Assembly (NCBI GenBank): GCA_024644655.1
Contig: JAHEHJ010000009.1
Location: forward strand, 6,098 to 70,097
DNA: 64,000 nt
From: Flavobacterium sp.
GTDB taxonomy: Bacteria > Bacteroidota > Bacteroidia > Flavobacteriales > Flavobacteriaceae
Reading direction: 5' to 3'
Part shown: positions 37,579 to 48,491 of the stretch, piece after piece
Position numbering within the stretch: the first letter of the stretch is position 1
Layout of the letters: each line of letters begins with the position of its first letter
Notes under the pieces: model-generated
The model's input: the letters and a program-made list of their open reading frames with translations, nothing else
Databases searched by the model: none
What the model was told of the DNA's origin: nothing
Translations under genes and position numbers: made by a program

Positions 37579-38919
37579 ATGAAAACAGAAAAAAGATGGG
37601 TAGTTTCATTTACACTTATTACCCTTGTAGCGCTACTAGGGTTGGGTTGGCCTAGTTCGTCAAATGTATCAAACAGTTCAGCATTCAACCCAATTGAGAC
37701 TATCAATTTTGCAGATGTAGCTTGGTTATTAACGGCCTCTTGTTTGGTATTACTCATGACACCAGGGCTTTCATTCTTTTATGGGGGAATGGTAGGCAAG
37801 AAAAATGTAATCTCCACTATGCTTAAAAGCTTTATCTGTCTAGGAGTCGTTAGTTTGTTGTGGGTAGTTGTAGGCTTTTCCCTTTCATTTGGAAACCCAA
37901 TAGGCCCAACAATAGCAGGAACCCATTATGGTATCGTTGGCAATCCATTTGATTTCACCTACTTTAATCAAGTGGGAATGTTACCTCATAAAACTATGGC
38001 TTCTAGTATTCCGTTTATCCTTTTTGCTTTATTCCAAATGAAGTTTGCCGTGATTACGCCCGCCATCATAACGGGAGCCTTAGCTGAACGGATTCGTTTT
38101 ATTTCGTTTCTTCTATTTATAGTGTTGTTTACCTTATTTATATACGCTCCCTTATGTCATATGATTTGGCATCCCAATGGATTATTGGGCAGTTACTTTG
38201 GCGTAAAAGACTTTGCTGGGGGTACGGTAGTTCATATGAGTGCAGGATTTGCTGCGCTAGCTGGGGTCCTTGTATTAGGCAAGCGAAAAAATAGTGAACA
38301 TATCCCTACGAATATCCCTTTTGTTTTATTGGGCACAGGATTATTATGGTTTGGTTGGTTTGGATTTAATGCAGGTTCTGCTTTAGCTGCAAATGCTACA
38401 GCCGCTATGGCATTTGCAACGACTACCATTTGTTCGGCCTCAGCCATGATGACCTGGGTATTTTATGATCGTTTAAAAGGTAGAAAAGTATCAGCTTTGG
38501 GGGCTTGCATTGGAGCGGTGGTTGGTTTGGTTGTCATCACACCCGCAGCTGGTTATATTACCATACCTCAAAGTATCTTTTTTGGTTTCATTGGAGCGCT
38601 TGTTTCCAATTCGATGATGTATTGGAAAAAACTAAAAGAAATAGACGACACATTGGATGTGTTTGCTTGTCATGGAGTTGGCGGTATAATGGGAATGCTT
38701 TTGACTGCCGTTTTTGCGAATGGCACCAATGCTAGTTTACTTCACGGAGGCACTACTGTATTTATACATCATATGACAGCCTTACTTTTAGTATCTGTTT
38801 TTACTTTTGGAGGCGCTTATTTGTTGTTTCGATTAACCAATTATATCATCCCTTTACGAGTATCTGAAGAATCCGAGACTATGGGATTGGATTGGTCACA
38901 GCATGGAGAAAAATTTTAA
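37579..38919 (+). CDS. amt: ammonium transporter
   Basis: LMTPGLSFFYGG, FQMKFA, DFAGGTVVH, LWFGWFGFNAGS, DDTLDVFACHG (twin His retained). Confidence 0.96.
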   Translation: MKTEKRWVVSFTLITLVALLGLGWPSSSNVSNSSAFNPIETINFADVAWLLTASCLVLLMTPGLSFFYGGMVGKKNVISTMLKSFICLGVVSLLWVVVGFSLSFGNPIGPTIAGTHYGIVGNPFDFTYFNQVGMLPHKTMASSIPFILFALFQMKFAVITPAIITGALAERIRFISFLLFIVLFTLFIYAPLCHMIWHPNGLLGSYFGVKDFAGGTVVHMSAGFAALAGVLVLGKRKNSEHIPTNIPFVLLGTGLLWFGWFGFNAGSALAANATAAMAFATTTICSASAMMTWVFYDRLKGRKVSALGACIGAVVGLVVITPAAGYITIPQSIFFGFIGALVSNSMMYWKKLKEIDDTLDVFACHGVGGIMGMLLTAVFANGTNASLLHGGTTVFIHHMTALLLVSVFTFGGAYLLFRLTNYIIPLRVSEESETMGLDWSQHGEKF

Positions 38920-38972
38920 CCTACTTTTTTCGAATGCTTTTATTTACTATTTTGGCATTAAAATAAACCCTT

Positions 38973-39464
38973 ATGAAAAAGATTGTTTTAGTCTTAGTTA
39001 TGCTTACCCCATGGCTTACAATAGCCCAAGATAAAGAATCTATAAACACCCTTTTGGACCAATGGCATCTAGACGCATCTCAAGCAAAGTTTACGGCCTA
39101 TTTTGATGTATTAGCCGAAGATGCTGTATTTATTGGAACCGATGCTGTTGAAAACTGGACTAAATCCAATTTTCAAACCTTTGCAAAACCCTATTTTGAC
39201 TCGAAAAAGACTTGGCATTTTAAAGCGATTGAGCGGCACATTTATTTTAGTTCGGACAAAAAAACCGCTTGGTTTGATGAATTATTGGACACCCAAATGA
39301 AAATATGCAGGGGTTCAGGAGTAGTAGAATGGGTAAATTCTACATGGAAAATCAAACAGTATGTGCTTTCAATTGCCATTCCAAACAAGTTTACCAATGA
39401 AGTGGTCAAAATTAAAGCGTCTTATGAAGACGCTTTAATGGTTACCTTAAAGAACAACCCATAG
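38973..39464 (+). CDS. NTF2/SnoaL-like secreted protein
   Basis: Signal peptide, FIGTDA.ENW, AWFDELLDT, CRGSGV, WKIKQY. Confidence 0.8.
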   Translation: MKKIVLVLVMLTPWLTIAQDKESINTLLDQWHLDASQAKFTAYFDVLAEDAVFIGTDAVENWTKSNFQTFAKPYFDSKKTWHFKAIERHIYFSSDKKTAWFDELLDTQMKICRGSGVVEWVNSTWKIKQYVLSIAIPNKFTNEVVKIKASYEDALMVTLKNNP

Positions 39465-39480
39465 TAGGTATACTGTAGTA

Positions 39481-40422
39481 TTACTTTTTTAAGTTTTCCA
39501 ACATTTCCTTTGTCATTGACGACAAGTCAAATTGGTGTTTCCATCCCCAATCATCTCTTGCGCATTGATCGTCAATTGAAGCAGGCCAACTGTCTGCTAT
39601 TTTTTGGCGGAAATCAGGTTTATACCGAATGGTAAAATCGGGAATATGTTTAGTAATTGAAGCTGCAATTTCTTTAGGTGTAAAACTCACCCCTGATAAA
39701 TTATAAGACGATCGAATTTTAATTTGCTCCACAGGCGCCTGCATGATTTCTATAGTAGCCCGAATAGCATCATCCATATACATCATAGGCAGTGCTGTTT
39801 CTTCAGAAAGAAAACATTCGTAATTGCCGTCACTTAAAGCTTTGTGGTAAATATCCACTGCATAATCGGTAGTTCCTCCTCCGGGTTCTGTAGACCAACT
39901 TATCAAACCTGGGTATCGAATGCTTCGCACATCAACTCCATAAATATGATGGTAGTATTCACACCATCGTTCCCCTGTTTGTTTGCTTATTCCATACACT
40001 GTAGTAGGTTCCATAATGGTATATTGTGGTGTATTTAGTCTAGGAGTGGTTGGGCCAAACACAGCAATACTAGAAGGCCAAAATACTTTTTTTATTTTTT
40101 TGGCTTTGGCAATGTTAAGGACATGAAACAAGGAATTCATATTCAAATCCCAAGCAAATGCAGGATTCTTTTCTGCTGTTGCCGATAATAATGCTGCCAT
40201 CAAGTAGATGTCTGTTATCTGATATTGTTCTACTAAATGTTCGATTTGGTTGAAATCCAAAGCATTAACCACTTCAAAAATACCTTCGTTGACTATGTCG
40301 ATATTTAATTTTCGTATATCCGAAGCAATGACATTATCAACTCCATAAATGCCTCTTAATTTTTTGGTAAGCTCCGTCCCTATTTGACCGCAAGCCCCAA
40401 TGATTAGAATTTTTGTATTCAT
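39481..40422 (-). CDS. L-threonine 3-dehydrogenase (SDR/epimerase type)
   Basis: GACGQIG, ALLSATAE, SSIAVFG, YGISK, GGGTTDYAV. Confidence 0.88.
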   Translation of the reverse strand: MNTKILIIGACGQIGTELTKKLRGIYGVDNVIASDIRKLNIDIVNEGIFEVVNALDFNQIEHLVEQYQITDIYLMAALLSATAEKNPAFAWDLNMNSLFHVLNIAKAKKIKKVFWPSSIAVFGPTTPRLNTPQYTIMEPTTVYGISKQTGERWCEYYHHIYGVDVRSIRYPGLISWSTEPGGGTTDYAVDIYHKALSDGNYECFLSEETALPMMYMDDAIRATIEIMQAPVEQIKIRSSYNLSGVSFTPKEIAASITKHIPDFTIRYKPDFRQKIADSWPASIDDQCARDDWGWKHQFDLSSMTKEMLENLKK

Positions 40423-40439
40423 TAGTTTGTTTGTTTGTA

Positions 40440-40456
40440 CAAAGATAACGTTTTCG
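40440..40456 (-). promoter_or_regulatory. -7 promoter (TATCTTTG) overlapped by a LacI-type operator-like sequence
   Basis: + strand caaagataacgttttcg; similar to the perfect palindrome at 52395-52408. Confidence 0.5.
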
Positions 40457-40562
40457 TAAAATGTAATTCATGAAATTTATTTGATAAAATTACCCTTACC
40501 TTAACTACTTCGTTGTCAAGTTTCCTATTACCTTTGTACCTTTGCGACCAAATTTTGAGGGC

Positions 40563-41153
40563 ATGAAAACAATATTCTCTACATTACTCTTCATTGTATT
40601 CCTAATCTCTTCGTGTCAAGACGACTCCAAACTTCGTGCTTTGGAGCAAGAGAAAGAGAATCAAAAGAGAGAAATTGTATTTAAAAACATTAGCAAAGGT
40701 TGGAAGTTCAACACTCAACCCATTACAGCATCCTCACAAGAATTAACTAAAGATTGGGCCCAATGGCGGGAATTCCTAAGCGAATTAGAACAACAACCCA
40801 AGAGTACGATAGGGGCATTCCAACAAAAAGCCAAAACCCTTTCCAAAAAGGCAAATGAACTGTACAATACCATTCCGTCAAATTACAGTTATCCTGGAAT
40901 AAAAAGCCGAATTGAAGCCATTGCAACCAAAATCAATTCGATTAATTTATACATCCATTTGAATCCGATTCGAGATAAAAAAATCATCCCTTTGATTCAA
41001 GAAATCAATATAGAACTCAATTCCTTTCAAAATCAATTGCAAGAAGTGGATGTGAAAAAACAAATCAAAATGGAAGATGGAGAGAGTGATATGTTACGCA
41101 TGTTAGATACAACTCGAGCTATTCCTACTTCACAACCCATAATCATTCACTAA
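40563..41153 (+). CDS. hypothetical lipoprotein
   Basis: Lipobox LISSC after ATG 40563; helical; TACCTTTG upstream at 40529. Confidence 0.75.
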   Translation: MKTIFSTLLFIVFLISSCQDDSKLRALEQEKENQKREIVFKNISKGWKFNTQPITASSQELTKDWAQWREFLSELEQQPKSTIGAFQQKAKTLSKKANELYNTIPSNYSYPGIKSRIEAIATKINSINLYIHLNPIRDKKIIPLIQEINIELNSFQNQLQEVDVKKQIKMEDGESDMLRMLDTTRAIPTSQPIIIH

Positions 41154-41156
41154 GCT

Positions 41157-44100
41157 TTGAGTCAAAACTCATTATATACTAGTTATCAGCAATCTGATAA
41201 AGTCAAACAAATTGCAGAGGCTCTCGAAACTCCATTGAGCAAACTTCAGCTAAAAGGCTTGGTGGGTTCTTCATTGTCTTTTGTGTTTCAAGCGGTGTTC
41301 AAAAAAAGTGACAAACCCTTTCTCTTACTTTTAAATGAAAAAGAAGAAGCCGCCTATATCTTGAACGATTTGGAACAAATGATTGGGTCCAATGACGTTT
41401 TGTTTTATCCCAGTTCGTATCGAAGACCTTACCAAATAGAAGAGACTGATAATGCTAATGTATTGTTGCGTTCTGAAGTGCTGAATCGAATCAATTCGCG
41501 GAAAAAACCCGCTGTAATTGTCACCTACCCTGAAGCCCTATTTGAGAAAGTAGTGACTCGAAAAGAGTTGGATAAAAACACTTTAAAAGTGGTAGTTGGC
41601 GAACAAGTTTCAATTGATTTTATCAACGAAGTACTATTTGAATACGAATTTAAGCGGGTGGATTTCATCACAGAACCAGGAGAATTTTCGGTACGTGGAG
41701 GAATTTTAGATGTCTTTTCATTCTCAAACGACAATCCCTACCGTATTGAGTTTTTTGGCAATGAAGTGGAGAGTATTCGAACTTTTGATGTGGAAACCCA
41801 ACTTTCATTAACTCCCCAAAGTAAGATAACCATCATTCCCAACTTGGAGAATAAGTTCATACAAGAAAACCGCGAAAGCTTTTTGGATTACATCAGCTCA
41901 AAAACGGTACTTTGTATTGAAAACACAGAATTTCTAACCGCGCAACTGGATAAGCTATTCAGCAAAGCGGTAGAAACATTTGACAAACTTTCTAAAGATG
42001 TTAAACACGCATCTCCCGAGCATTTATTTCTGAATCAGGATGGATTTTTGAGGAAAGCATTGGATTTTTCAATAGTTGAATTGTCCCAAAAACCGTTGTT
42101 CAAAACCACAAAAACCTTCGAGTTTCACATACAACCTCAACCCTCTTTTAACAAGCAATTTGATTTGTTGTTGAACAATTTGAGTGACCAACATTTCAAT
42201 GGATATACCAATTATTTGTTTTGTTCGAATGAAGGGCAAGCCAATCGATTTCATGATATTTTTGAGAGTTTGGACGAAGAAAACCACGAAAATATCCGCA
42301 AACAATACCACACTATTGTAGCTTCTTTATACCAAGGATTCATTGATGAGGAACATCAGATTAGCTGTTATACCGATCATCAAATCTTTGAACGGTACCA
42401 TAAATTCAGCATCAAGAATGGGTATTCCAAAAAGCAAACCCTCACATTAAAAGAACTGAATTCTCTATCTGTAGGCGATTATGTAACCCATATAGACCAT
42501 GGAATTGGAAAGTTTGGTGGCCTACAAAAAATACAAGTGGAAGGCAAAACACAAGAAGCCATCAAATTGGTGTATGCCGATAATGATATTGTATATGTAA
42601 GTATTCATTCGCTACATAAAATATCCAAGTACAATGGCAAAGACGGTACCCCTCCCAAGATCTATAAGCTAGGTTCTAATGCGTGGAAAGTTTTAAAACA
42701 AAAAACGAAGGCCCGTGTGAAACACATTGCTTTCAATTTGATTCAATTGTATGCCAAGCGACGGTTGGAAAAAGGCTTCCAATTTGCACCCGATAGTTAT
42801 TTACAAAAAGAATTAGAGAGTTCCTTTATATATGAAGATACTCCAGATCAAATCACAGCAACCCAAGACGTGAAAGCAGACATGGAAAAAGACCGTCCGA
42901 TGGATCGTTTGGTTTGTGGTGATGTAGGATTTGGAAAAACTGAAGTAGCTATACGAGCTGCTTTCAAAGCTGTAGACAATAGTAAGCAAGTGGCTATTTT
43001 GGTACCTACCACTATATTGGCTTACCAACATTACCGGACCTTTACCGAACGACTAAAAGAAATGCCCGTTCGCATTGGATATCTGAATCGATTTAGAACA
43101 GCCAAGCAAAAAACACAAACCTTAGAAGAATTAGCTTCTGGAAAATTAGATATTATTATTGGCACCCATCAATTAGTAAACAAAAATGTAGTCTTTAAAG
43201 ATTTGGGCTTGCTGATTGTAGACGAAGAACAAAAATTTGGTGTTAATGTAAAAGACAAGTTGAAAACCATCGCGGCCAATGTAGATACTTTGACCTTGAC
43301 GGCCACACCCATTCCGAGAACTTTGCAGTTTTCCTTAATGGCGGCACGTGACCTATCGGTTATTACAACACCACCCCCCAACAGATATCCTATAGAATCC
43401 CAAGTTGTTGGATTTAACGAAGAGCTGATTCGAGATGCCATTTCGTATGAAATTCAACGGAACGGACAAGTATTTTTCATTAATAATAGAATTGAAAACA
43501 TCAAGGAAATAGCGGGTATGATTCAGCGATTGGTGCCCGATGCTCGTGTTGGGATAGGTCATGGTCAAATGGACGGCAGCAAATTAGAAGAATTGATGTT
43601 GGGCTTTATGAATGGTGAATTTGATGTATTAGTTGCTACCACTATCATAGAAAGTGGTTTGGATGTTCCAAATGCCAATACTATTTTCATCAACAACGCC
43701 AATAATTTTGGATTATCTGATTTGCATCAAATGCGAGGTCGTGTAGGGAGAAGCAATAAAAAAGCATTTTGTTATTTTATATGTCCACCCTATTCTGCTA
43801 TGACAGACGATGCTCGAAAACGCATACAAGCTTTGGAGCAATTTAGCGAATTGGGCAGTGGATTCAACATAGCCATGAAAGATTTAGAAATTCGCGGAGC
43901 AGGTGATTTATTAGGTGGAGAACAAAGTGGGTTTATCAATGAAATTGGTTTTGAAACCTATCAAAAGATTATGAATGAAGCTATAGAAGAGTTGAAAGAA
44001 AATGAATTCAAAGAGCTTTATGAATCTGAAAATGACATCGACACTAAAGAATATGTCAAAGACTTACAAATAGACACCGACTTTGAATTACTCTTCCCCG

Positions 44101-44525
44101 ATGCCTATATTAACAATATTTCAGAGCGCTTAAAATTGTATAATGAATTGGGAGCGCTTAAAAACGAAGCCGAGTTATTGGCATATGAAACCCAATTGAT
44201 TGACCGTTTTGGTCCTTTACCTAAAGAAGCTGTAGCCTTGCTCAATAGTATTCGTATCAAATGGATTGCTACCCATATGGGAATTGAACGGTTGGTTATG
44301 AAACAAGGAAAATTGATAGGGTATTTTGTTTCTGATCAGCAATCGGCTTATTACAATTCGAAGGCATTTAGACACATGCTTCAATTTGTTCAACAACACG
44401 GCAATCTGTGTAAAATGAAAGAGAAAGAAACTAAAAACGGTTTGCGTTTGTTATTGACTTTTGAAAACGTGAAATCTATTTCAAGAGCTTTGGAGTATAT
44501 GGAGTTGATGAAGCGTCCTTCCTAA
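41157..44525 (+). CDS. mfd: transcription-repair coupling factor
   Basis: GEFSVRGGILD, CarD/RID domain HIDHGIG, GDVGFGKT, DEEQKFG, HQMRGRVGR, TRCF C-terminus. Confidence 0.97.
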   Translation: MSQNSLYTSYQQSDKVKQIAEALETPLSKLQLKGLVGSSLSFVFQAVFKKSDKPFLLLLNEKEEAAYILNDLEQMIGSNDVLFYPSSYRRPYQIEETDNANVLLRSEVLNRINSRKKPAVIVTYPEALFEKVVTRKELDKNTLKVVVGEQVSIDFINEVLFEYEFKRVDFITEPGEFSVRGGILDVFSFSNDNPYRIEFFGNEVESIRTFDVETQLSLTPQSKITIIPNLENKFIQENRESFLDYISSKTVLCIENTEFLTAQLDKLFSKAVETFDKLSKDVKHASPEHLFLNQDGFLRKALDFSIVELSQKPLFKTTKTFEFHIQPQPSFNKQFDLLLNNLSDQHFNGYTNYLFCSNEGQANRFHDIFESLDEENHENIRKQYHTIVASLYQGFIDEEHQISCYTDHQIFERYHKFSIKNGYSKKQTLTLKELNSLSVGDYVTHIDHGIGKFGGLQKIQVEGKTQEAIKLVYADNDIVYVSIHSLHKISKYNGKDGTPPKIYKLGSNAWKVLKQKTKARVKHIAFNLIQLYAKRRLEKGFQFAPDSYLQKELESSFIYEDTPDQITATQDVKADMEKDRPMDRLVCGDVGFGKTEVAIRAAFKAVDNSKQVAILVPTTILAYQHYRTFTERLKEMPVRIGYLNRFRTAKQKTQTLEELASGKLDIIIGTHQLVNKNVVFKDLGLLIVDEEQKFGVNVKDKLKTIAANVDTLTLTATPIPRTLQFSLMAARDLSVITTPPPNRYPIESQVVGFNEELIRDAISYEIQRNGQVFFINNRIENIKEIAGMIQRLVPDARVGIGHGQMDGSKLEELMLGFMNGEFDVLVATTIIESGLDVPNANTIFINNANNFGLSDLHQMRGRVGRSNKKAFCYFICPPYSAMTDDARKRIQALEQFSELGSGFNIAMKDLEIRGAGDLLGGEQSGFINEIGFETYQKIMNEAIEELKENEFKELYESENDIDTKEYVKDLQIDTDFELLFPDAYINNISERLKLYNELGALKNEAELLAYETQLIDRFGPLPKEAVALLNSIRIKWIATHMGIERLVMKQGKLIGYFVSDQQSAYYNSKAFRHMLQFVQQHGNLCKMKEKETKNGLRLLLTFENVKSISRALEYMELMKRPS

Positions 44526-44551
44526 CTAAATCTTTTCCTTTTTAAAGACTT

Positions 44552-44582
44552 GACGGCATTTTTGTTTCAACAAGGCCGTTTT
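44552..44582 (+). terminator. probable mfd terminator
   Basis: acggc...ttgtt-tc-aacaa..gccgt followed by a T-run. Confidence 0.45.
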
Positions 44583-44690
44583 AAATATTCATCCTGACGC
44601 GTATTTTAATTGCCCGCGGTCAAGTGATGAAGTTACCGCGGTAAAATTTATAAAACACCATTGTGATTTATTTCTATATTCCCGATGTAT

Positions 44691-44736
44691 AAAAAAACCA
44701 TCTTTACTATTGATTAATATCAAAAGCAAGATGGTT
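44691..44736 (-). terminator. probable terminator of the M12 peptidase gene
   Basis: aaccatctt...aagatggtt stem with an adjacent A-run (T-run on -). Confidence 0.55.
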
Positions 44737-44784
44737 CAATAGGAAGCGTTTAAGGAAGAAAAACTATAGTTTTCTACTCTAGAA

Positions 44785-46977
44785 TTACATTTTTAATACT
44801 TTGAAATTTGCTTGTTTGTCATTGAATTTCAATTGGAAGAAATACGTCCCTGTAGCAAACATAGAAATATCCACATTGGCAGTTAATTCATTTCCTTTTT
44901 GGGACCAAAGCAACTGACCTTGTACATTAAATACTTTGATTTCAGTTATAACATCTTTAGAAGAAATAGCTACTTTACCCGAAGTTGGGTTTGGATAATA
45001 GCTAAAATCTAAGAAATCATTACTCACTTCACCTAGAGTTCCTGTACAACTAATAGTAGCATTCCAACCCGCCCGATTATCTGCTTGATCAGAATAAAAT
45101 CTAAAGGTTAAAGAACCGTCAAATGCCGTTGATGTATAGGTTGAAGAAGGAAGTGTAGTTCCCGTTAGTCCGCCGTTGGTTAAATCAAAATTATATTGAT
45201 CTGGCCCATTATAGATGTACAAATAATCATAATTATTCTCCAAAACAAAACTAGTAAAAGTTACTCTTACTTTTAAGCCAGGACCTGTAGGCATCATCGT
45301 GCGTACCCATGATTCCATATCTGAATAATTCCCTGAGGAACCGCCTGTATCCGTAAAAGGATAACTGCATAAATTGGTATTGGTTGTTGCGAAAATTTGA
45401 TTTCTACTGGCCGCAATTGCACCTGTACAAAGTGGTCTTACTCTGACTTTATAATAAGTATTTGGATTCAACCCCGAAACCGTGTAGGTCGCTTGGGTTA
45501 CTAATGTCCATACTATATTTGTAGATGTTATGGGAACCACCGAAATTTCCCAAGAAGTTGAAGAGCCCATATCCGACCATGTTATATAGGCAGAATTAGT
45601 ATTGATGCTGGTTACTTCTACATTGGTTACCGTATTAATACAGGTATTTATACAATCGGTACTCAAACACGTTGAATTGTTTACCGTGTCTACAATTAAA
45701 GCCGCAGGTTGAGGCCCAAATCCATTATTAAAGCTAATCCCTACACCTGAAACCAAATGGCAATAACTCATGATCGTACCCTTTTCAGTGGTAGAAGGAA
45801 TAGTGGGAGGTGTTGTCATACAGGTTCCCCCCTCCCAATTGGCCCCAAGAGCTGAAGGAGCACAATTGTCAATAGCAGTATTATTTCCGTTCCACACACA
45901 AGCATGCGTATGTGGTGAACCTAATAAATGTCCTAACTCATGGGTAATAACTTGAATTGTCCAGGAATACGTTGGCACACTACTAAAACTTAAATCCAAA
46001 TCCGAATAACTGTAATTATCTTGAGAGCACAAACCATTAATTGTAACGGCTACTCCTCCTAGACCCCCATCGTCAATACCTACCAATTGTCCTAAGTCAC
46101 CATCAAAAACAGGAGTATTGGCAGCAAAGGCATATAAATAATCGCTAGACGATGTCCCTACACCTTGATATGGGTCTTGATCCGTCCAAATATAAATGGA
46201 TTTAAGTGCTACTGTTATTCCGTCATTAGCATAAATTGTTTGTACATTGTTAAATACCGATGTCATCCAATTGGTTGTCTGAGTCGTATCGTTGTTATTG
46301 GCTAGATACAAATCATTATCAATTTCAAAGTACATGGTAGCACAACGTAATGATTCAGAATTTTTTTGAGCCGAAGAATTGACACTCTTTTGAGAAACAG
46401 TGCCTTCTTTTACGTGACAATCGAAGGAATTGAGCACTTTCATTTTAGCATCTGAATATACGATGTAATCAGACTGATTGTTGGGGGTTTGCAGTTTACC
46501 TACCACTACATTTCCTAGGGTAGAGCTTGAAAAAACACCATTACATTCCCCATTAAAGAAATTGAAAGACGCAACTGAATTAGGCTCATCTTTTATAATT
46601 CCTCGGTAATATACTCCTTTTTGATAGGCTATGTAGTCTATTTTATTGGTATCCACATGAAAACCATTTGCAAAAGGATCTACTTTATATAAAAGCAAAG
46701 TAACTGATTGATTGGTATAGGGAATTGCCAATTCGATATAATCGTGCTGTTGGTTTACAATTTCGGCCAACTTAGCAGCATCTAAACTTGCCAAAGTTGC
46801 TTGGTCAACCACTTTATCTACAGTTTCATTAGTAGCACTAGTAGCCGGTATCAAGACACTCACTTTGGTAAAGTTGGCATTAAGACCTTGCAATTCTGAT
46901 ACTTTTTGGGCAATTTTATTTTGGCCTACAAGCAACATGCATGGGCCTAAAAGCGCTAAGAGTATGTATTTTTTCAT
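44785..46977 (-). CDS. M12 (reprolysin-like) zinc metallopeptidase with FN3, CUB and T9SS CTD
   Basis: HELGHLLGSPH, TIMSY Met-turn, LENNYDYLYIYNG (CUB), YYPNPT...GTYF CTD. Confidence 0.9.
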   Translation of the reverse strand: MKKYILLALLGPCMLLVGQNKIAQKVSELQGLNANFTKVSVLIPATSATNETVDKVVDQATLASLDAAKLAEIVNQQHDYIELAIPYTNQSVTLLLYKVDPFANGFHVDTNKIDYIAYQKGVYYRGIIKDEPNSVASFNFFNGECNGVFSSSTLGNVVVGKLQTPNNQSDYIVYSDAKMKVLNSFDCHVKEGTVSQKSVNSSAQKNSESLRCATMYFEIDNDLYLANNNDTTQTTNWMTSVFNNVQTIYANDGITVALKSIYIWTDQDPYQGVGTSSSDYLYAFAANTPVFDGDLGQLVGIDDGGLGGVAVTINGLCSQDNYSYSDLDLSFSSVPTYSWTIQVITHELGHLLGSPHTHACVWNGNNTAIDNCAPSALGANWEGGTCMTTPPTIPSTTEKGTIMSYCHLVSGVGISFNNGFGPQPAALIVDTVNNSTCLSTDCINTCINTVTNVEVTSINTNSAYITWSDMGSSTSWEISVVPITSTNIVWTLVTQATYTVSGLNPNTYYKVRVRPLCTGAIAASRNQIFATTNTNLCSYPFTDTGGSSGNYSDMESWVRTMMPTGPGLKVRVTFTSFVLENNYDYLYIYNGPDQYNFDLTNGGLTGTTLPSSTYTSTAFDGSLTFRFYSDQADNRAGWNATISCTGTLGEVSNDFLDFSYYPNPTSGKVAISSKDVITEIKVFNVQGQLLWSQKGNELTANVDISMFATGTYFFQLKFNDKQANFKVLKM

Positions 46978-47048
46978 GCGATAATTTTTTATAAAGATAT
47001 TGAATTTCAACGAATATGAAATTAATTATAGTGGTTGCTTAGAAATGC

Positions 47049-47408
47049 TTAGAAGTGGTAAAAGGCATCTTCAATATGGTCTAGAATGAATTTATCCTCT
47101 GATTTGTATACCGATATGATGTCAAATCGAACGGTCACATCTAAATCATGAGATATTATATATTCATTGATGGCTTTGACTAAGAGTTGGATTTTTTTAG
47201 GTTTGACAAATTCTTGAGGGAGACCAAATTCAATACTCGAACGGGTTTTTACTTCTACCACTGCTAGTATTGTTCCTAATTGGGCAATGATATCAATTTC
47301 CGCTTTTTGAAAGGTCCAGTTGGTTTCTAAAATTGTATAGCCTTTGCTTTGCAGTAATTCTACGGCACTTTTTTCACCAAATTTACCCAAATCGTTGTGT
47401 TCTGCCAT
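47049..47408 (-). CDS. YraN-family (UPF0102) nuclease-like protein
   Basis: GKFGE, EIDIIA, VEVKTR, RFDII. Confidence 0.92.
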   Translation of the reverse strand: MAEHNDLGKFGEKSAVELLQSKGYTILETNWTFQKAEIDIIAQLGTILAVVEVKTRSSIEFGLPQEFVKPKKIQLLVKAINEYIISHDLDVTVRFDIISVYKSEDKFILDHIEDAFYHF

Positions 47409-47432
47409 GCTTTTGAAATCCTTCTTAGTTGC

Positions 47433-48389
47433 TTATTGAAAAACCACTGTGCTTCCTTCGGGCGTCACTTCCATCGTAATTTGTTTGCCTAAAATCAAAG
47501 CGCGGTTGTCACGAATATGTCCTGCTGGAAAATTATATATGATAGGTATTTGTAAGTCTTTGACTGTATCTTCAATAATTTCAAGTGCATTTCGACCCCA
47601 TGGGATTTCGTTGTCTTTCATTTCTGTCATTCCTCCCACAATAATCCCTTTCAAGCCAGAGAGGCAACCATTTCGTTTTAAGTTCACCAACATTCGATCT
47701 ACATGGTATAAATATTCATCTAGATCTTCTAGGAAAAGAATTTTATCGGTGCAATCAACGGCCGATTCTGAGCCTAGCAAACTGTATAAAATAGACAGAT
47801 TTCCTCCTACCAATTCCCCTGAAGCTTTACCCAAATGATTAAGGGCATCACAATCCATAGAATAGCGTAATGAGTCACCAAACAAGGCAGTACACATCGA
47901 ATTTTTAGCTTCATCAGTAGCTCTGGTCACACTCACAGGCATCATAGCATGAAGTGAGGCTATACCCATTCTATTCAAATGTGAATGCAATACGGTTACA
48001 TCACTAAATCCAATAATCCATTTGGGATTTTGTTTGAACCGAGTAAAATCAAGTTGGTCAATAATTTTCACGGTACCATAACCCCCTCTCACACACCAAA
48101 TTGCTTTGATGTTAGGGTTATCCATTTGGGCTTGAAAATCTGCCGTCCGTTGTGCATCGGTTCCCGCTAATTGGTAATAATCTAAGCCAATAGTTGTTCC
48201 CAATTTCACATGTAATCCCCACCCTTCGAGCAAGTCTATGGTAGGTTTTAAATTGTCTTCTATATTTTTTCGGGCCGTAGATACGATAGCAATAGTATCG
48301 CCTTTTTGTAAATAAGGAGGTATAATCATCTTTTGTTGGGAATAAGAAGAAACAGTAATCAGTAAAAATAATAGTATTCTCTTTTGCAT
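47433..48389 (-). CDS. LD-carboxypeptidase (S66)
   Basis: RGGYG, IGFSDVT, GGNLS, LFLED, FPAGH; start uncertain (48389 chosen). Confidence 0.9.
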   Translation of the reverse strand: MQKRILLFLLITVSSYSQQKMIIPPYLQKGDTIAIVSTARKNIEDNLKPTIDLLEGWGLHVKLGTTIGLDYYQLAGTDAQRTADFQAQMDNPNIKAIWCVRGGYGTVKIIDQLDFTRFKQNPKWIIGFSDVTVLHSHLNRMGIASLHAMMPVSVTRATDEAKNSMCTALFGDSLRYSMDCDALNHLGKASGELVGGNLSILYSLLGSESAVDCTDKILFLEDLDEYLYHVDRMLVNLKRNGCLSGLKGIIVGGMTEMKDNEIPWGRNALEIIEDTVKDLQIPIIYNFPAGHIRDNRALILGKQITMEVTPEGSTVVFQ

Positions 48390-48491
48390 TAAATCAAATA
48401 TGACAGTGATATTGGCTGTTTCAAAAGTAAACAAATCCGAAAATTAATTCGGGATTTCATCCCTAAAAAGTTATTTTTGCTCTCTATTTCA

